The notes under the pieces were generated by a model. That model made no database searches, was not told the origin of the DNA, and saw only the letters and a program-made list of their open reading frames with translations. A stretch of DNA of 64,000 nt, taken from NCBI GenBank assembly GCA_043809245.1, contig JAZDDZ010000049.1, positions 1 to 64,000 of the forward strand. The letters are read 5' to 3'. This document shows, in pieces, positions 16,299-25,814 of the stretch. The position numbers and the translations under genes are program-made. This DNA comes from Candidatus Iainarchaeum sp. GTDB lineage: Archaea > Iainarchaeota > Iainarchaeia > Iainarchaeales > JAZDDZ01. Numbering within the stretch: position 1 is the first letter of the stretch; the number at the start of each line of letters is the position of its first letter.

Positions 16299-17663
16299 TC
16301 AGCACAATTCCAAGCAAAACTTTTTCGCTTCGGAAAGCTTATCCATCAAATCGTCCGCGTTAAACATTTCGCCTTTTTCTTCCAACAACAAATCACCTGC
16401 AAAGCCGTTCAAAAACGCAGCAGCCAAAGCGCTATGCAACAAATCATTCTTTGCGGCAAAGCCAACCAGCAAGCCGGCAAGCACATCGCCTGTTCCGCCA
16501 GAAGTCATCATAGCGTTGCCTGAAAAATTCCTGTAAACGCGTTTTCCGTCGCTGACCAAATCCACTTCGCCCTTCAGCAGAATCGCGCAGCCGAATTTCT
16601 TCGCCATCGCCTTCACATTCGCCTCGGTTGCGGCAACTCCAAACAATACCTTGAACTCGCCTGCATGAGGCGTCAGGCAGCAATTCTTCGTCAACAATTT
16701 TTTGTCCAGCAGGTGAAGCGCGGAGGCATCCAAAACGAATTTTTTAGAGGCGCCAAATTTTTTTAACAAGCCGTTAACAGTTTTCTTGGTTTTTTTATCC
16801 AAGGGAAGCCCGGGACCGACCAAAACAGCATCCGCTCCCTTTGCGATTTTTTCAGCTTCTTTCAGTTCCGAGACAATGAATTCAGGGGAAAACTTTTTCA
16901 CAACCGAAACATTTTCTTTTTCCGTTGCAAAGAAAACCAAATCCACCAAGCGCGAGGCCGTGATTCCCGAGAAAAGCGCTGCACCGTGCCATTTTTTGGA
17001 GCCTGCAACAATCAGCACTTTTCCGTTTTCACCCTTATGGCTTCCCGCTTTCCTTTGCGCCAAAAACTTCACATACCCTGGACCTGCAATGGATTCCAGT
17101 TCCTTGGGAATGCCAATGCCAACAACCACTGCGCCCTGCACTTTTTTTTCATGCAGCGAAATAACCAAATCCGCATTGAAGCCAGGCGCTGGGGCGTCCA
17201 CTGCTATTTTTTTTGCGCGCAAGGAATTAATTCGCTTGATGATTGAATTAAATGGTTCTTTCAGTTTTCCTTTCACGCCAACGCCAAACAATGCTTCAAC
17301 AACCAAATCAGCTTTCACTGCCTTTGGACTATCCGCCGCGTTTATTAAAACAATTTTTTTCACTTTCTTTATTTTTTTAAGGCGTTCCCAATTGCTTCGC
17401 GCTTCAATTGTCTTTATTTCAGAAGGTTTTCCCGCCAAAAAAACCGTCACCCTATTTTTTCCGCTTAAATATCGCGCTGCAACGAATCCGTCGCCTCCGT
17501 TGTTTCCCAAGCCGCAGAAAATCGCGATGCTTTTGCCTGAGCCGAACCTTTTTTCAATCTCTCGCGCAATGCCTTTGCCTGCGTTATCCATCAATTGCTC
17601 AACAGGATAGCCGTAGAACTGCGCATTGCAGTCAAGGATTTTGGTTGAAAGCAATAGGTTCAA
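16299..17663 (-). CDS. nnr: Bifunctional NAD(P)H-hydrate epimerase/dehydratase
   Basis: GNNGGDGF (YjeF_N), HKGENG, TPHAGEF, GGTGDVLAG. Confidence 0.93.
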   Translation of the reverse strand: MNLLLSTKILDCNAQFYGYPVEQLMDNAGKGIAREIEKRFGSGKSIAIFCGLGNNGGDGFVAARYLSGKNRVTVFLAGKPSEIKTIEARSNWERLKKIKKVKKIVLINAADSPKAVKADLVVEALFGVGVKGKLKEPFNSIIKRINSLRAKKIAVDAPAPGFNADLVISLHEKKVQGAVVVGIGIPKELESIAGPGYVKFLAQRKAGSHKGENGKVLIVAGSKKWHGAALFSGITASRLVDLVFFATEKENVSVVKKFSPEFIVSELKEAEKIAKGADAVLVGPGLPLDKKTKKTVNGLLKKFGASKKFVLDASALHLLDKKLLTKNCCLTPHAGEFKVLFGVAATEANVKAMAKKFGCAILLKGEVDLVSDGKRVYRNFSGNAMMTSGGTGDVLAGLLVGFAAKNDLLHSALAAAFLNGFAGDLLLEEKGEMFNADDLMDKLSEAKKFCLELC

Positions 17664-17775
17664 GTTTTTTCACCCGCAGTAAGTAGATTAGCGTAATAAA
17701 TTGAATAAAAAGCCTTGCCTTAAAGGGGAGTAAAAAGCAATATCTTTATAATAACATTTCGTGTTACATTGTGTT

Positions 17776-18069
17776 ATGGAGTACGTTTCGTTCAAGCTGG
17801 AAAAAAACGTTTTGGAGCAGATTGACAGGGACATGAAGGCGTTTCATTACAGCACGCGCTCGGATTTTTTCAGGGAAGCCGTAAGGGAAAAGCTGAAAAG
17901 CCTTGGCGAGGACAAGGAAAGGAAAAAGGCATTTAAGGCGCTTTACGCTACAAGAGGCATTTTCAAAGGAAAGGGCAAGTCAAAAACAGACGAGGAATTC
18001 AGGGCTTTAAGGGAAGAGGCTGGAAAGGAATTCATGGAGATTCTTGGCAAAAGATTCAATCAAAAATGA
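17776..18069 (+). CDS. Ribbon-helix-helix (CopG) antitoxin-like protein
   Basis: VSFKL...ID...YSTRSDFFREAVRE. Confidence 0.8.
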   Translation: MEYVSFKLEKNVLEQIDRDMKAFHYSTRSDFFREAVREKLKSLGEDKERKKAFKALYATRGIFKGKGKSKTDEEFRALREEAGKEFMEILGKRFNQK

Positions 18070-18478
18070 CTTCTTCCGGAGCCAAAACGCCAATCAAATC
18101 ATTCAAGCACTCAAAATGCCTGTCCCTCGTGACAAGAACTGCGTTATTGTCCCTTGCAAGTATTGCGTGAAGCGCGTCAGATTCATGCGTTTCCCTTCTT
18201 TTAGCGGCAATCAGTTTTGCCTCCCTGTATTGTTTGGGATAAATGCTTACACACTCGAGGAATGCGCTGAAAAAAGAAAAGGCATCTTTTATCCTTTCGG
18301 CAGAATACTCTTTCCTTAGCTCGAAAACTACAAGCTCGGAATAAAGCGCCCTGCACCCGAACATTTCACAGTTCTTCAGGAACCTGAATGCGAATTCCCC
18401 CAAAGGCCTTAACCCGTCGCTTCTGCCCTCAAAGTAATCCCGCCAGATTGCAGTATCCAAATAAAACTTTTTAGCCAT
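18056..18478 (-). CDS. PIN-domain (VapC) toxin
   Basis: YLDT...E...DALHAILA...LVTRDRHF. Confidence 0.9.
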   Translation of the reverse strand: MAKKFYLDTAIWRDYFEGRSDGLRPLGEFAFRFLKNCEMFGCRALYSELVVFELRKEYSAERIKDAFSFFSAFLECVSIYPKQYREAKLIAAKRRETHESDALHAILARDNNAVLVTRDRHFECLNDLIGVLAPEEVIFD

Positions 18479-18554
18479 GAAAAAACTGCTGCAATCACGC
18501 GCTTAAAAACCTCTCTAGACAGTGCGTTGCCGGTGCGAAAAGAGAAAATACAAT

Positions 18555-19382
18555 TCAAATCTCCGCAAAAACATTCGCGCCTTCAAACACGCTTTCAGGG
18601 TTATAGCCCCCCTCCAAAACCATGAAGTGCGGGTATTTTGCCAGAATTTCTTTTATTTTTTCATAAGAGCGTTTTGTGAGTTCAAAGCCAGTGTTCGGGC
18701 CTAAAACTCCTTTGTCCTTGTAATAGGAGTCAAAGCCAGCGCTGACTGCGACAATGTCAGGCGCGAATTCCTTTAACGCAGGCGCAAGCTTTTGCTCCAA
18801 GAGGCGAACATAGGTTACGTCAAGGACTGTTCCATGCAAAGGGTAATTGGAGAAATTTTTTCCGGATTCAGTGCCTGTTCCGGGAAAAGCATCAGCCTGG
18901 TGGATGGAAAAATAATGGCAGTTCTCCTCGGATTCAAGGATTGCCTGTGTTCCGTTGCCGTGATGCAAGTCAAAGTCAAAAACAAAAACCCTTTTGCCTT
19001 TTTTCAGAAGATATTTTGCGGCAATCGCAATGTTGTTGAATAAGCAGAAGCCCATGCCGTTGTTTTCCGAGGCGTGGTGGCCTGGGGGGCGCACCAAAGC
19101 AAATGACTGGGTTTCAGCCGCGCCAATTGCAGCGCCAACCGCATAACATGCGACTTCAAAGCTTTTCTCGCTTAACGGAGTGTCCTGGCTCAAAGAGCCC
19201 TTTTCTTTCGCGGTTTTTTTCACGTATTCAATGTAGGCGTCAGAGTGCGTGAGCTTGAGGTAGCCTTCGCCGTTCACTATCCTTGAATCCTTCAAATGGG
19301 AAAACATTGAAAGGCGAGCGGGGTTCTCTGGATGAGAGCCTGTGTCGTGCTGGAGGAAAATGGAGTTATAGATGATGCGCAT
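18555..19382 (-). CDS. Histone deacetylase family protein
   Basis: HPENPARL, RPPGHHA, GFCLFNN, DFDLHHGNGTQ, SAGFD, LEGGY. Confidence 0.95.
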   Translation of the reverse strand: MRIIYNSIFLQHDTGSHPENPARLSMFSHLKDSRIVNGEGYLKLTHSDAYIEYVKKTAKEKGSLSQDTPLSEKSFEVACYAVGAAIGAAETQSFALVRPPGHHASENNGMGFCLFNNIAIAAKYLLKKGKRVFVFDFDLHHGNGTQAILESEENCHYFSIHQADAFPGTGTESGKNFSNYPLHGTVLDVTYVRLLEQKLAPALKEFAPDIVAVSAGFDSYYKDKGVLGPNTGFELTKRSYEKIKEILAKYPHFMVLEGGYNPESVFEGANVFAEI

Positions 19383-19460
19383 GAGAAAAGAAAGGGATTA
19401 ATTGAATAAAAAACTATCCTGAAGTGCCATCAGAAAAATAGGTGTGTTTTTTGCAAAGCA

Positions 19461-19814
19461 TTATGCAAATAAATTAACATTACTTGTAATCACCCAAATA
19501 GAAACCATAACGGCGAGTAAATGGAATATTACGGCAATAAAAAAATATAACAGCTGCTTTTTTCTGTCAACATAAATTGGGGGAATCAACGGCTCCCAAA
19601 TGTTCAAATCTAAAATTCCAGTCTTAATACTTTTAATCAGGCTATAGGAAAAAAACAGCAAAAGAATTATGCCAACAAAAAAGGAGATATTTGACCCATG
19701 CGGCTTAAAGAAAGGGATTACAAAAATAACAAGAAAAAAGGAAATAGCCGAAACCAAAACAAGGATAACCGTGCCGGAAATTGAAGGCCTTAAGTCCGCT
19801 AAGTCCGCTGTCAT
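19461..19814 (-). CDS. Small membrane protein
   Basis: Three hydrophobic segments. Confidence 0.65.
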   Translation of the reverse strand: MTADLADLRPSISGTVILVLVSAISFFLVIFVIPFFKPHGSNISFFVGIILLLFFSYSLIKSIKTGILDLNIWEPLIPPIYVDRKKQLLYFFIAVIFHLLAVMVSIWVITSNVNLFA

Positions 19815-19853
19815 AGCAAATTAAATGGAAAAAAGGGGATAAAAAGGCTTTTG

Positions 19854-20075
19854 CTAGCCGCGCTTCTCTTCCTTTATGGCTTTCCCTTCCTTTGTATAAA
19901 TTCGTCTCACAGCCATTCCTTTTTCAGGGTGCTTTGGGTGCATGCTTTCAGCCCTGAATGCAACAAGGCCGCTTCCAGGGAATTGCCGATAGGTTATTCT
20001 TCCAACCTTGACTCCTTCAGGCGAAGAAGCAATTTTTTTAATGAAACGACTGGACAAACGGCGCTTAACCCACAT
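19854..20075 (-). CDS. Small basic hypothetical protein
   Basis: ORF from MWVKRRLSSRF, divergent from the 20133 gene. Confidence 0.4.
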   Translation of the reverse strand: MWVKRRLSSRFIKKIASSPEGVKVGRITYRQFPGSGLVAFRAESMHPKHPEKGMAVRRIYTKEGKAIKEEKRG

Positions 20076-20132
20076 GAAAAAATCAAGCGCAAACCAATAT
20101 TTATTGCTTTTGCCACAGGCATATCTTATATT

Positions 20133-20732
20133 ATGCCTGAACGCGGAAACCCTGTTCACGGGATAAAAATGGTTCCATTAACCACCCTAGAGAAAAAAGG
20201 CGAGCTAAAAATTTCTTTTGAAATTGCGAAAGGCAGCAGGCCAAGCAATTCTTTCCTGACAAGCCCCTGGCTTTCGGGCTTGATTGAAAAAACATGCCTT
20301 GCAGAGGGAACAAAAGTCGGCTTCGTAGAATTGAAAAACACTGGCTACAAGCTTTATTCCTTGGACATCCACCCTTTCGTTTACGCACCCGAGGAAGCGC
20401 AGGACCTTTTAATGGGTAAAAGGTTCGGTGAAAAACTCAGCGAAATGGCTTTGGTTGAGGCAAGAAAAAGATTGGGAGAAGTTAAAATCAGCCCCTACCA
20501 CGCGGGAACCTCGGGGCCAATGCAAAAGCTTCTCAAAAGATGGGGTGTAAAAGTCAGGCCAAGCGGTTCATTTGAAGCGGGCATCACAGGCATGATTGAA
20601 GGCGCAAGAAAATCGTTAAACGAATTCAAAAGCAAGCGCAGCCAAATTCAAAAAATGGCCAACGCACTAACCAATTTAAAGCAAAAAAAAGCAGGCTTTT
20701 CTTACGTGAAAAGAAAAGCGCCGAGAAAGTAG
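20133..20732 (+). CDS. Basic hypothetical protein
   Basis: Start reassigned to MPERGN; followed by hairpin CCCAAGCC-GTA-GGCTTGGG and a T run (20741-20766). Confidence 0.65.
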   Translation: MPERGNPVHGIKMVPLTTLEKKGELKISFEIAKGSRPSNSFLTSPWLSGLIEKTCLAEGTKVGFVELKNTGYKLYSLDIHPFVYAPEEAQDLLMGKRFGEKLSEMALVEARKRLGEVKISPYHAGTSGPMQKLLKRWGVKVRPSGSFEAGITGMIEGARKSLNEFKSKRSQIQKMANALTNLKQKKAGFSYVKRKAPRK

Positions 20733-20789
20733 CTACATTTCCCAAGCCGTAGGCTTGGGCTTTTTTGATAAACCTTTTTTTAAAAAGGT

Positions 20790-20883
20790 TTGGACCCAGC
20801 GGGAATTGAACCCGGTCATTTTCGGTAGTTTGTAGGCAGTTCACGGGTTCGGTTTTTTGAGATGTTTTAGTTATTTTATTCAT
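20790..20883 (-). CDS. Integrase N-terminal fragment (intN) ending in the att repeat
   Basis: GGAGGT RBS, then MNKITKTSQKTEPVNCLQTTEND-RVQFPLGP; att is read in the same frame as in intC. Confidence 0.8.
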
Positions 20884-20896
20884 TTTTACCTACCTC

Positions 20897-21727
20897 CTAA
20901 TTTTCTTTTACTTTTTTATTTCCTTCATCATCCCAGCATTTGTCCCTAGTTTTTTCCAGTTCAAAGTGGAGTTCTACTAATGATTTGTTAAATCCAGGTT
21001 TTTTAACAATGAAATCAGCGAAAATTGGTACGAATGCCCCCAAGGTTTTGTCCATCAAGTCTAATGTAAAATATATACAATCAGCAGCCATTTCTTTGTC
21101 GAATGTGTTAGTTCGCAATCCTGTTAAGGAAGGATGAGAGTAACTACCTGAGAGCCCATGGTAAACCGATTCAAAATTCTTGCCTATGTCTACTTCATAG
21201 AGTTCTTTGATTATGTATGAGTGCCAAAATTGTTTTTCCTTTAGCTTCCCGGTTTTCATGAACACATTTATTTCCTCTTTCGAGTATTTGTTTTTTCTTA
21301 ACCATTCTTCAACTTTACCTGGATTTTTTCTTAGGTATTCCATTGTTACAAATACTTCATAAGCAAGCCGCAGATTGTTGTAACAAGCTCCGTAGTGTGC
21401 ATCGCATAACGCACGATATATTGCTAAAAAAAGGTCGGCATTTTTACTTAACAAAAGTTGGCTTGTCTGTAAAAGAAGATTTTCCTTAAATATTTCAATA
21501 TCTAAGCTAGGGAGATGCGTAGCCTGGTAAATATGTGCCAACGCCTTCTTGAACAAAAACGATTCTTTAGGGAAGGTATTTTCAAATGTTGTCTGTTCCG
21601 TCTCTAACCTTCGTAAAATACTTTGGAAATTTTTATTGAAGTTAAGGGGGCTTAGGCCATCCCAGTATGTGGCGAGTAGAACATTAGATTCTTCTTTAGA
21701 GCACTGCTTTGAATTCCCGTTCTTCAT
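20897..21727 (-). CDS. Helical hypothetical protein, possible HEPN-like nuclease
   Basis: LRLAYE...YHGLSGSYSHPS pattern. Confidence 0.5.
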   Translation of the reverse strand: MKNGNSKQCSKEESNVLLATYWDGLSPLNFNKNFQSILRRLETEQTTFENTFPKESFLFKKALAHIYQATHLPSLDIEIFKENLLLQTSQLLLSKNADLFLAIYRALCDAHYGACYNNLRLAYEVFVTMEYLRKNPGKVEEWLRKNKYSKEEINVFMKTGKLKEKQFWHSYIIKELYEVDIGKNFESVYHGLSGSYSHPSLTGLRTNTFDKEMAADCIYFTLDLMDKTLGAFVPIFADFIVKKPGFNKSLVELHFELEKTRDKCWDDEGNKKVKEN

Positions 21728-21731
21728 CTTG

Positions 21732-22475
21732 TTACCTTCTCTTTTTTTCTATCAAATAGTTTACATTAAAATTGATGAATGAGCAGACGTTCTCTTTTGT
21801 TTCTCTGATAAAACTATCTAATGGTTTTCCGTCAATTTGCATCGGTATGCAATCTATTCTTGTTGGCGAGCCAACTTCTTTTTCCATGCAGCTCCAAAAA
21901 GCAGTCGCTTTTACTTCATATTTGTTCATTATGAAGTAATGCACTATGTCAACTCTTTTTTTGTTGAGTCCTTCAACCCAGGTTTGCCATTGTTCAATAT
22001 AATATTTCTTAAGTTCTGGTTCTTGTTTTTCGAGCCTTTCAGATATAGCATTATATTTCTCAGTGTTCTCAATTAGTGCCTTCATTAGTTTTTGTAATGA
22101 TTCAACCTCATCGCCAAGTAATACTTCCAATGAAAGTTTTATCTGATATCGAACAGCTCTAATGCAAGTTTCAATAAAAGAATCAAACGAAAAAGCGAAG
22201 TCGGTGAATACTCTCACATGGCCTGAATGTACTACTTTGTGTTGTACTGCGGTGCTAAACTTAAAATCGTCTTTATTTTTTTGTAATCTACGCATCATGT
22301 CGTTAATTGCATTTTCTTTAATCTTTTCAAAAACAAAGTTATGGGTTGCTAAGCATTGCTTTTCCAAAAATTTTGTTTTTTCCAGCAGAAAATTAATGTC
22401 ATCTACTTTATAGGAATATTCCTGCGTGCCTAACCTTGCCTTTAGTTCGGGGAAAAAGATTGTTTCTTCTGTCAT
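21732..22475 (-). CDS. Probable HEPN-domain protein
   Basis: Helical protein with R-x4-H motif (RVDIVH). Confidence 0.55.
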   Translation of the reverse strand: MTEETIFFPELKARLGTQEYSYKVDDINFLLEKTKFLEKQCLATHNFVFEKIKENAINDMMRRLQKNKDDFKFSTAVQHKVVHSGHVRVFTDFAFSFDSFIETCIRAVRYQIKLSLEVLLGDEVESLQKLMKALIENTEKYNAISERLEKQEPELKKYYIEQWQTWVEGLNKKRVDIVHYFIMNKYEVKATAFWSCMEKEVGSPTRIDCIPMQIDGKPLDSFIRETKENVCSFINFNVNYLIEKKRR

Positions 22476-23065
22476 CCTTTGCTCACCACTGCTTTGATAT
22501 GGATTCCAACAACGTCTCTTAATTTGAAATAAGTATTTACTTCCATTGCTTTCCTGAGCAGTGCCTTAATTTTCTTGAACTTTTTTTCATCATCTTCTTC
22601 GTGCACACCAAGCGGATAACTTTCCATAATAAGCTGGTAAAACATGTTCCTTATGGTCTTCTGTACTAAAACTTCATGCCTTTTTGTATAGTGTCTAATA
22701 TATGCTTCGAATTCTTCGGCTTCTTTGTCTGAAAATTCTTCCATCAGCAGTTTCCATTTTCCCCATATCTTAATATAGCGAAATTCCTCAAACAAAAAGT
22801 GCGAAAAGTATACTGCAAGTCGGCTATAGTCTATATAGTAGCGATTTTCTTTTTGCCCCGGCACTTTTTCAATGCTTACAATGCCACGACTTTCAAGATT
22901 GTTCATTTTTCTTAGAATATTTTTCCTTTCAACAGTTTTTTTACTTTTTAACAAATCCGAAGTTGTAATTTGTTTTTTCTCGAGGACTGTTTTAAACAGG
23001 ATTGCGTATTCTGGGTTGTCATTCAGATTTGGCCTTGTCATATCTTCCCACTTATAATAAGACAA
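22472..23065 (-). CDS. wHTH transcriptional regulator (repressor-like)
   Basis: TTSDLLK...NILRKMNNLESRGIV...RYYI. Confidence 0.7.
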   Translation of the reverse strand: MSYYKWEDMTRPNLNDNPEYAILFKTVLEKKQITTSDLLKSKKTVERKNILRKMNNLESRGIVSIEKVPGQKENRYYIDYSRLAVYFSHFLFEEFRYIKIWGKWKLLMEEFSDKEAEEFEAYIRHYTKRHEVLVQKTIRNMFYQLIMESYPLGVHEEDDEKKFKKIKALLRKAMEVNTYFKLRDVVGIHIKAVVSKG

Positions 23066-23110
23066 AGTGAGAACCTATTAAAAAAGGTATCCTTTGATTC
23101 ATACTTTTCT

Positions 23111-23239
23111 ATGGACATAACAACAATAAAGATTCATAGAGAGACCTTGGGACTTCTAAAAGAACATAAACCTGTCGGGTGCAGTTATGACTATTTTTTG
23201 AAGCAGTTGCTGCGTCTTTGTGAAAAGAAAGGTGATTAG
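23111..23239 (+). CDS. Small RHH/antitoxin-like DNA-binding protein (42 aa)
   Basis: TTIKIHRET...LK...SYD..LKQLL. Confidence 0.65.
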   Translation: MDITTIKIHRETLGLLKEHKPVGCSYDYFLKQLLRLCEKKGD

Positions 23240-23398
23240 GTGCTCATTCAAGACCATGAAAAGACTTCATTCAAATGTTGTCGCTGTGGCAAAAAAGCAG
23301 TCTTGGACTTTGACCTGAATTTCTATTGCAAGTGCTGTGTTCTGCAATTGCTTTCCGCTATTATCCACGACTTGCAGAGGCTGGAGCATGAAAAATGA
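23240..23398 (+). CDS. Small zinc-finger protein (52 aa)
   Basis: Hand translation ...CCRCGKKA...FYCKCC...; GGTGA RBS; stop overlaps the next start. Confidence 0.6.
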   Translation: MLIQDHEKTSFKCCRCGKKAVLDFDLNFYCKCCVLQLLSAIIHDLQRLEHEK

Positions 23399-24251
23399 TA
23401 CATTTTTGCCCGAACAAAAAAGCCGAACAGCCCCAATACGCAGAGCAGACTTGCGAGTCCTTTTTACTATCAGAAAGGGAATAAATTCGGTAACGATGAT
23501 TTCAAAGGAGATTGGGCGAGGCAAGTCTTCCGTGTCTGAACGGCTGGGAAAGCTTGTTAAGCAGGAGCTCGTAAAAAAGAAAGATTCGCTCTTTTACCTT
23601 ACTACACCCGGCAAAATGGCTTGTTCGGCTTTGGCAGGACTACCTTGCAATAAACCTATTGTTTTCCGTTTGCATAAGTATACTTCCTCTGCTCCTTTTT
23701 TGAGGAAGTCTGCTGAATTGGAGGCACAGTTAGCTTCAGATAAGCGATTCTCAAGGAATTATTGTTTTGATAGAGCTAAGTTTAATGCAAAGTACGATTC
23801 TGTTACCGTTCAGTTTCATCCAAATTCTGTTAGCTTTGTATTGCCCCCTGTTTATTCCCCTGATTTAATTATCGCTGAAGCTTATGCTGTTAGGTTGTTG
23901 AATGCGGTTATTGATTTGCTTGAGCAGGATTTTCCCGGGACTAAGATTGGAGTTCCTAAGGTAACTTCACATCTTGATGATAACCATATTGCTGTTGTTA
24001 ATCATCCTCTTTCTATTGAATTTGCCAAGTTTCGTGAGAATTTTGGTGAGACATACTGCTTCAAAGGGGATAAAATCGAAGTTGATTTTTCCGATGGCTC
24101 TGTTGAATTGGAGTGTGTTGACAAGCTCAATGCGAAGGAGGATTGCTATAAATTGGCAAGATTTTGTAATCTTCTAGTAACTGGGGATAATTTCAAGAAG
24201 TTTGAGGCATTGCTCCAGAACCTTGATTCTTTTGGTAATATTGAGAAGTAA
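23388..24251 (+). CDS. wHTH protein with uncharacterised C-terminal domain (candidate replication protein)
   Basis: N-terminal wHTH (SKEIGRGKSSVSERLGKL); RLH, HIA and DFSDGSVELE motifs; replication role is inference from position. Confidence 0.55.
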   Translation: MKNDTFLPEQKSRTAPIRRADLRVLFTIRKGINSVTMISKEIGRGKSSVSERLGKLVKQELVKKKDSLFYLTTPGKMACSALAGLPCNKPIVFRLHKYTSSAPFLRKSAELEAQLASDKRFSRNYCFDRAKFNAKYDSVTVQFHPNSVSFVLPPVYSPDLIIAEAYAVRLLNAVIDLLEQDFPGTKIGVPKVTSHLDDNHIAVVNHPLSIEFAKFRENFGETYCFKGDKIEVDFSDGSVELECVDKLNAKEDCYKLARFCNLLVTGDNFKKFEALLQNLDSFGNIEK

Positions 24252-24260
24252 TAGGTAACA

Positions 24261-25811
24261 GTGATTTTCGTGGACTGGACTCCTGAGCGAATTGACAAAT
24301 TCTCGGAGCTGTTGGCCGAGGGCAAGGATTTGAGTTACGTTGCTGATTATTTTGGCGTAAGTTATGTTGCTGCAAAGCAAGCCAAGTACTTCCATAGCTT
24401 GAAGGATAGGTTAAAGCCTGGAAGAAAGAATGTCAAATTGAAACAGGCCAAGGAGCTTAATAAGTGTGATTTGGCTACTCGAATTCGCGTGCTCCGTGGC
24501 GAGGAAGTGCGAAAAGAAGAGGCGGTTTTTGGTTTTTCAGATGACCAGTTAAAGGAATGGTTTGACGGAGCAAGTGGAGTAGCTAAATTCTGTCAGGACG
24601 TTCTTGGATTAGAATTGCAGCCTTATCAGCTTGAAATGATTGAATTAATGCTTTCCCATAAGCGTTGTTGTTTTGTTCTTGGAAGGCAGTCGGGGAAGGA
24701 TTTCACTATTTCGTGTTTTGTTTTGTGGTTGGCTTTAGTGCATTCCAATCAAAGAATTTTATTGGTTTCCGCGGCTCAAAGGCAGAGCGATTTGTTGTTT
24801 AACCGAATAATGCAGTTTATTGCCAATTCAACCGAGTTGTTTGACTCCGTGCAAAAATCAAACATGGAAGTAATCCAGTTCACTAATGCATCAGAGGTTT
24901 ATTCTCTTCCAAGCACTACCTTTATTCGCGGTTTTACAGAGGTAACCCATGTTTTTCTCAACGAAGCAGCTCATGGAATCACAGAGGAAGCGCTTCAGGC
25001 CGTTGAACCAATGCTTGCAATCAAGCACGGCGCGCTGATAATGATGAGCTCTCCTTTGGGCACTTCTGGCGTGCTCTGGGATGCCTTCAATAACCCAATG
25101 TACGCAAAATTAAAGCTCCCCAGCTCCGTTAACAAGTATATTTCTAAAGAATGGCTTGAAGAGCAAAGAAAAACCATGTCATCAATTGCCTACGAATGCG
25201 AAATAGAGGCTAATTTCTCCCAAGCAATCGACTCTTTCTTTAAAATTGAAACAATCAAAGCTTGCTCTCAAGAGTACGCACTACGAAGCACTTGCCCAAA
25301 AGAAGACGGCAAAAACTATTTCGCCGGCATTGACTGGGGTCGAATACAAGATTCAAGCGCTATAACCATTATTTCTAAATACCAAGAAGACCAGTTAAAA
25401 GTTGAAGCAATAATTGAAATGTTCAACACTCCGTTTAAAGCCCAAGAAGAAAGAATCAAATCACTCTACAAAGAATGGGGCTTGGAAAGAATAGTATCCG
25501 AATACGCCGGTTTAAGCATTAATTCCTGTGAAAACCTAAAAACTGCTGGCCTAAGTGTAGAATTCTTCAAACCCACAATTGATTCCAAAGCCGAAGCCTA
25601 CAATTACTTACTCAACAAAATGGAAAACGGGGCAATAACAATCCCCCTGCACGACAAACTCCAATACGAGTTAAGAGTATTCAAATTCCAGTTAACCATG
25701 CAAGGAAAAATGAAACTCCACCACACAGAAGGCGGGTCAGACGACTTCGTAGACTCCTTATGCTATGCTGTTTGGGCAACTAAATCAAAATTTATTTGTG
25801 CACTGGTGTGA
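24261..25811 (+). CDS. Terminase large subunit-like protein with N-terminal HTH
   Basis: LQPYQ, GRQSGKD, VFLNEAA, MSSP, AGIDWGRIQD, SDDFVDSLCYA. Confidence 0.9.
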   Translation: MIFVDWTPERIDKFSELLAEGKDLSYVADYFGVSYVAAKQAKYFHSLKDRLKPGRKNVKLKQAKELNKCDLATRIRVLRGEEVRKEEAVFGFSDDQLKEWFDGASGVAKFCQDVLGLELQPYQLEMIELMLSHKRCCFVLGRQSGKDFTISCFVLWLALVHSNQRILLVSAAQRQSDLLFNRIMQFIANSTELFDSVQKSNMEVIQFTNASEVYSLPSTTFIRGFTEVTHVFLNEAAHGITEEALQAVEPMLAIKHGALIMMSSPLGTSGVLWDAFNNPMYAKLKLPSSVNKYISKEWLEEQRKTMSSIAYECEIEANFSQAIDSFFKIETIKACSQEYALRSTCPKEDGKNYFAGIDWGRIQDSSAITIISKYQEDQLKVEAIIEMFNTPFKAQEERIKSLYKEWGLERIVSEYAGLSINSCENLKTAGLSVEFFKPTIDSKAEAYNYLLNKMENGAITIPLHDKLQYELRVFKFQLTMQGKMKLHHTEGGSDDFVDSLCYAVWATKSKFICALV

Positions 25812-25814
25812 GGA

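Noticed and set aside
20626-20789. C-terminal part of the 85-aa ORF 20626-20883
   Set aside because: Read-through from intN past the att site into host sequence, antisense to another gene.
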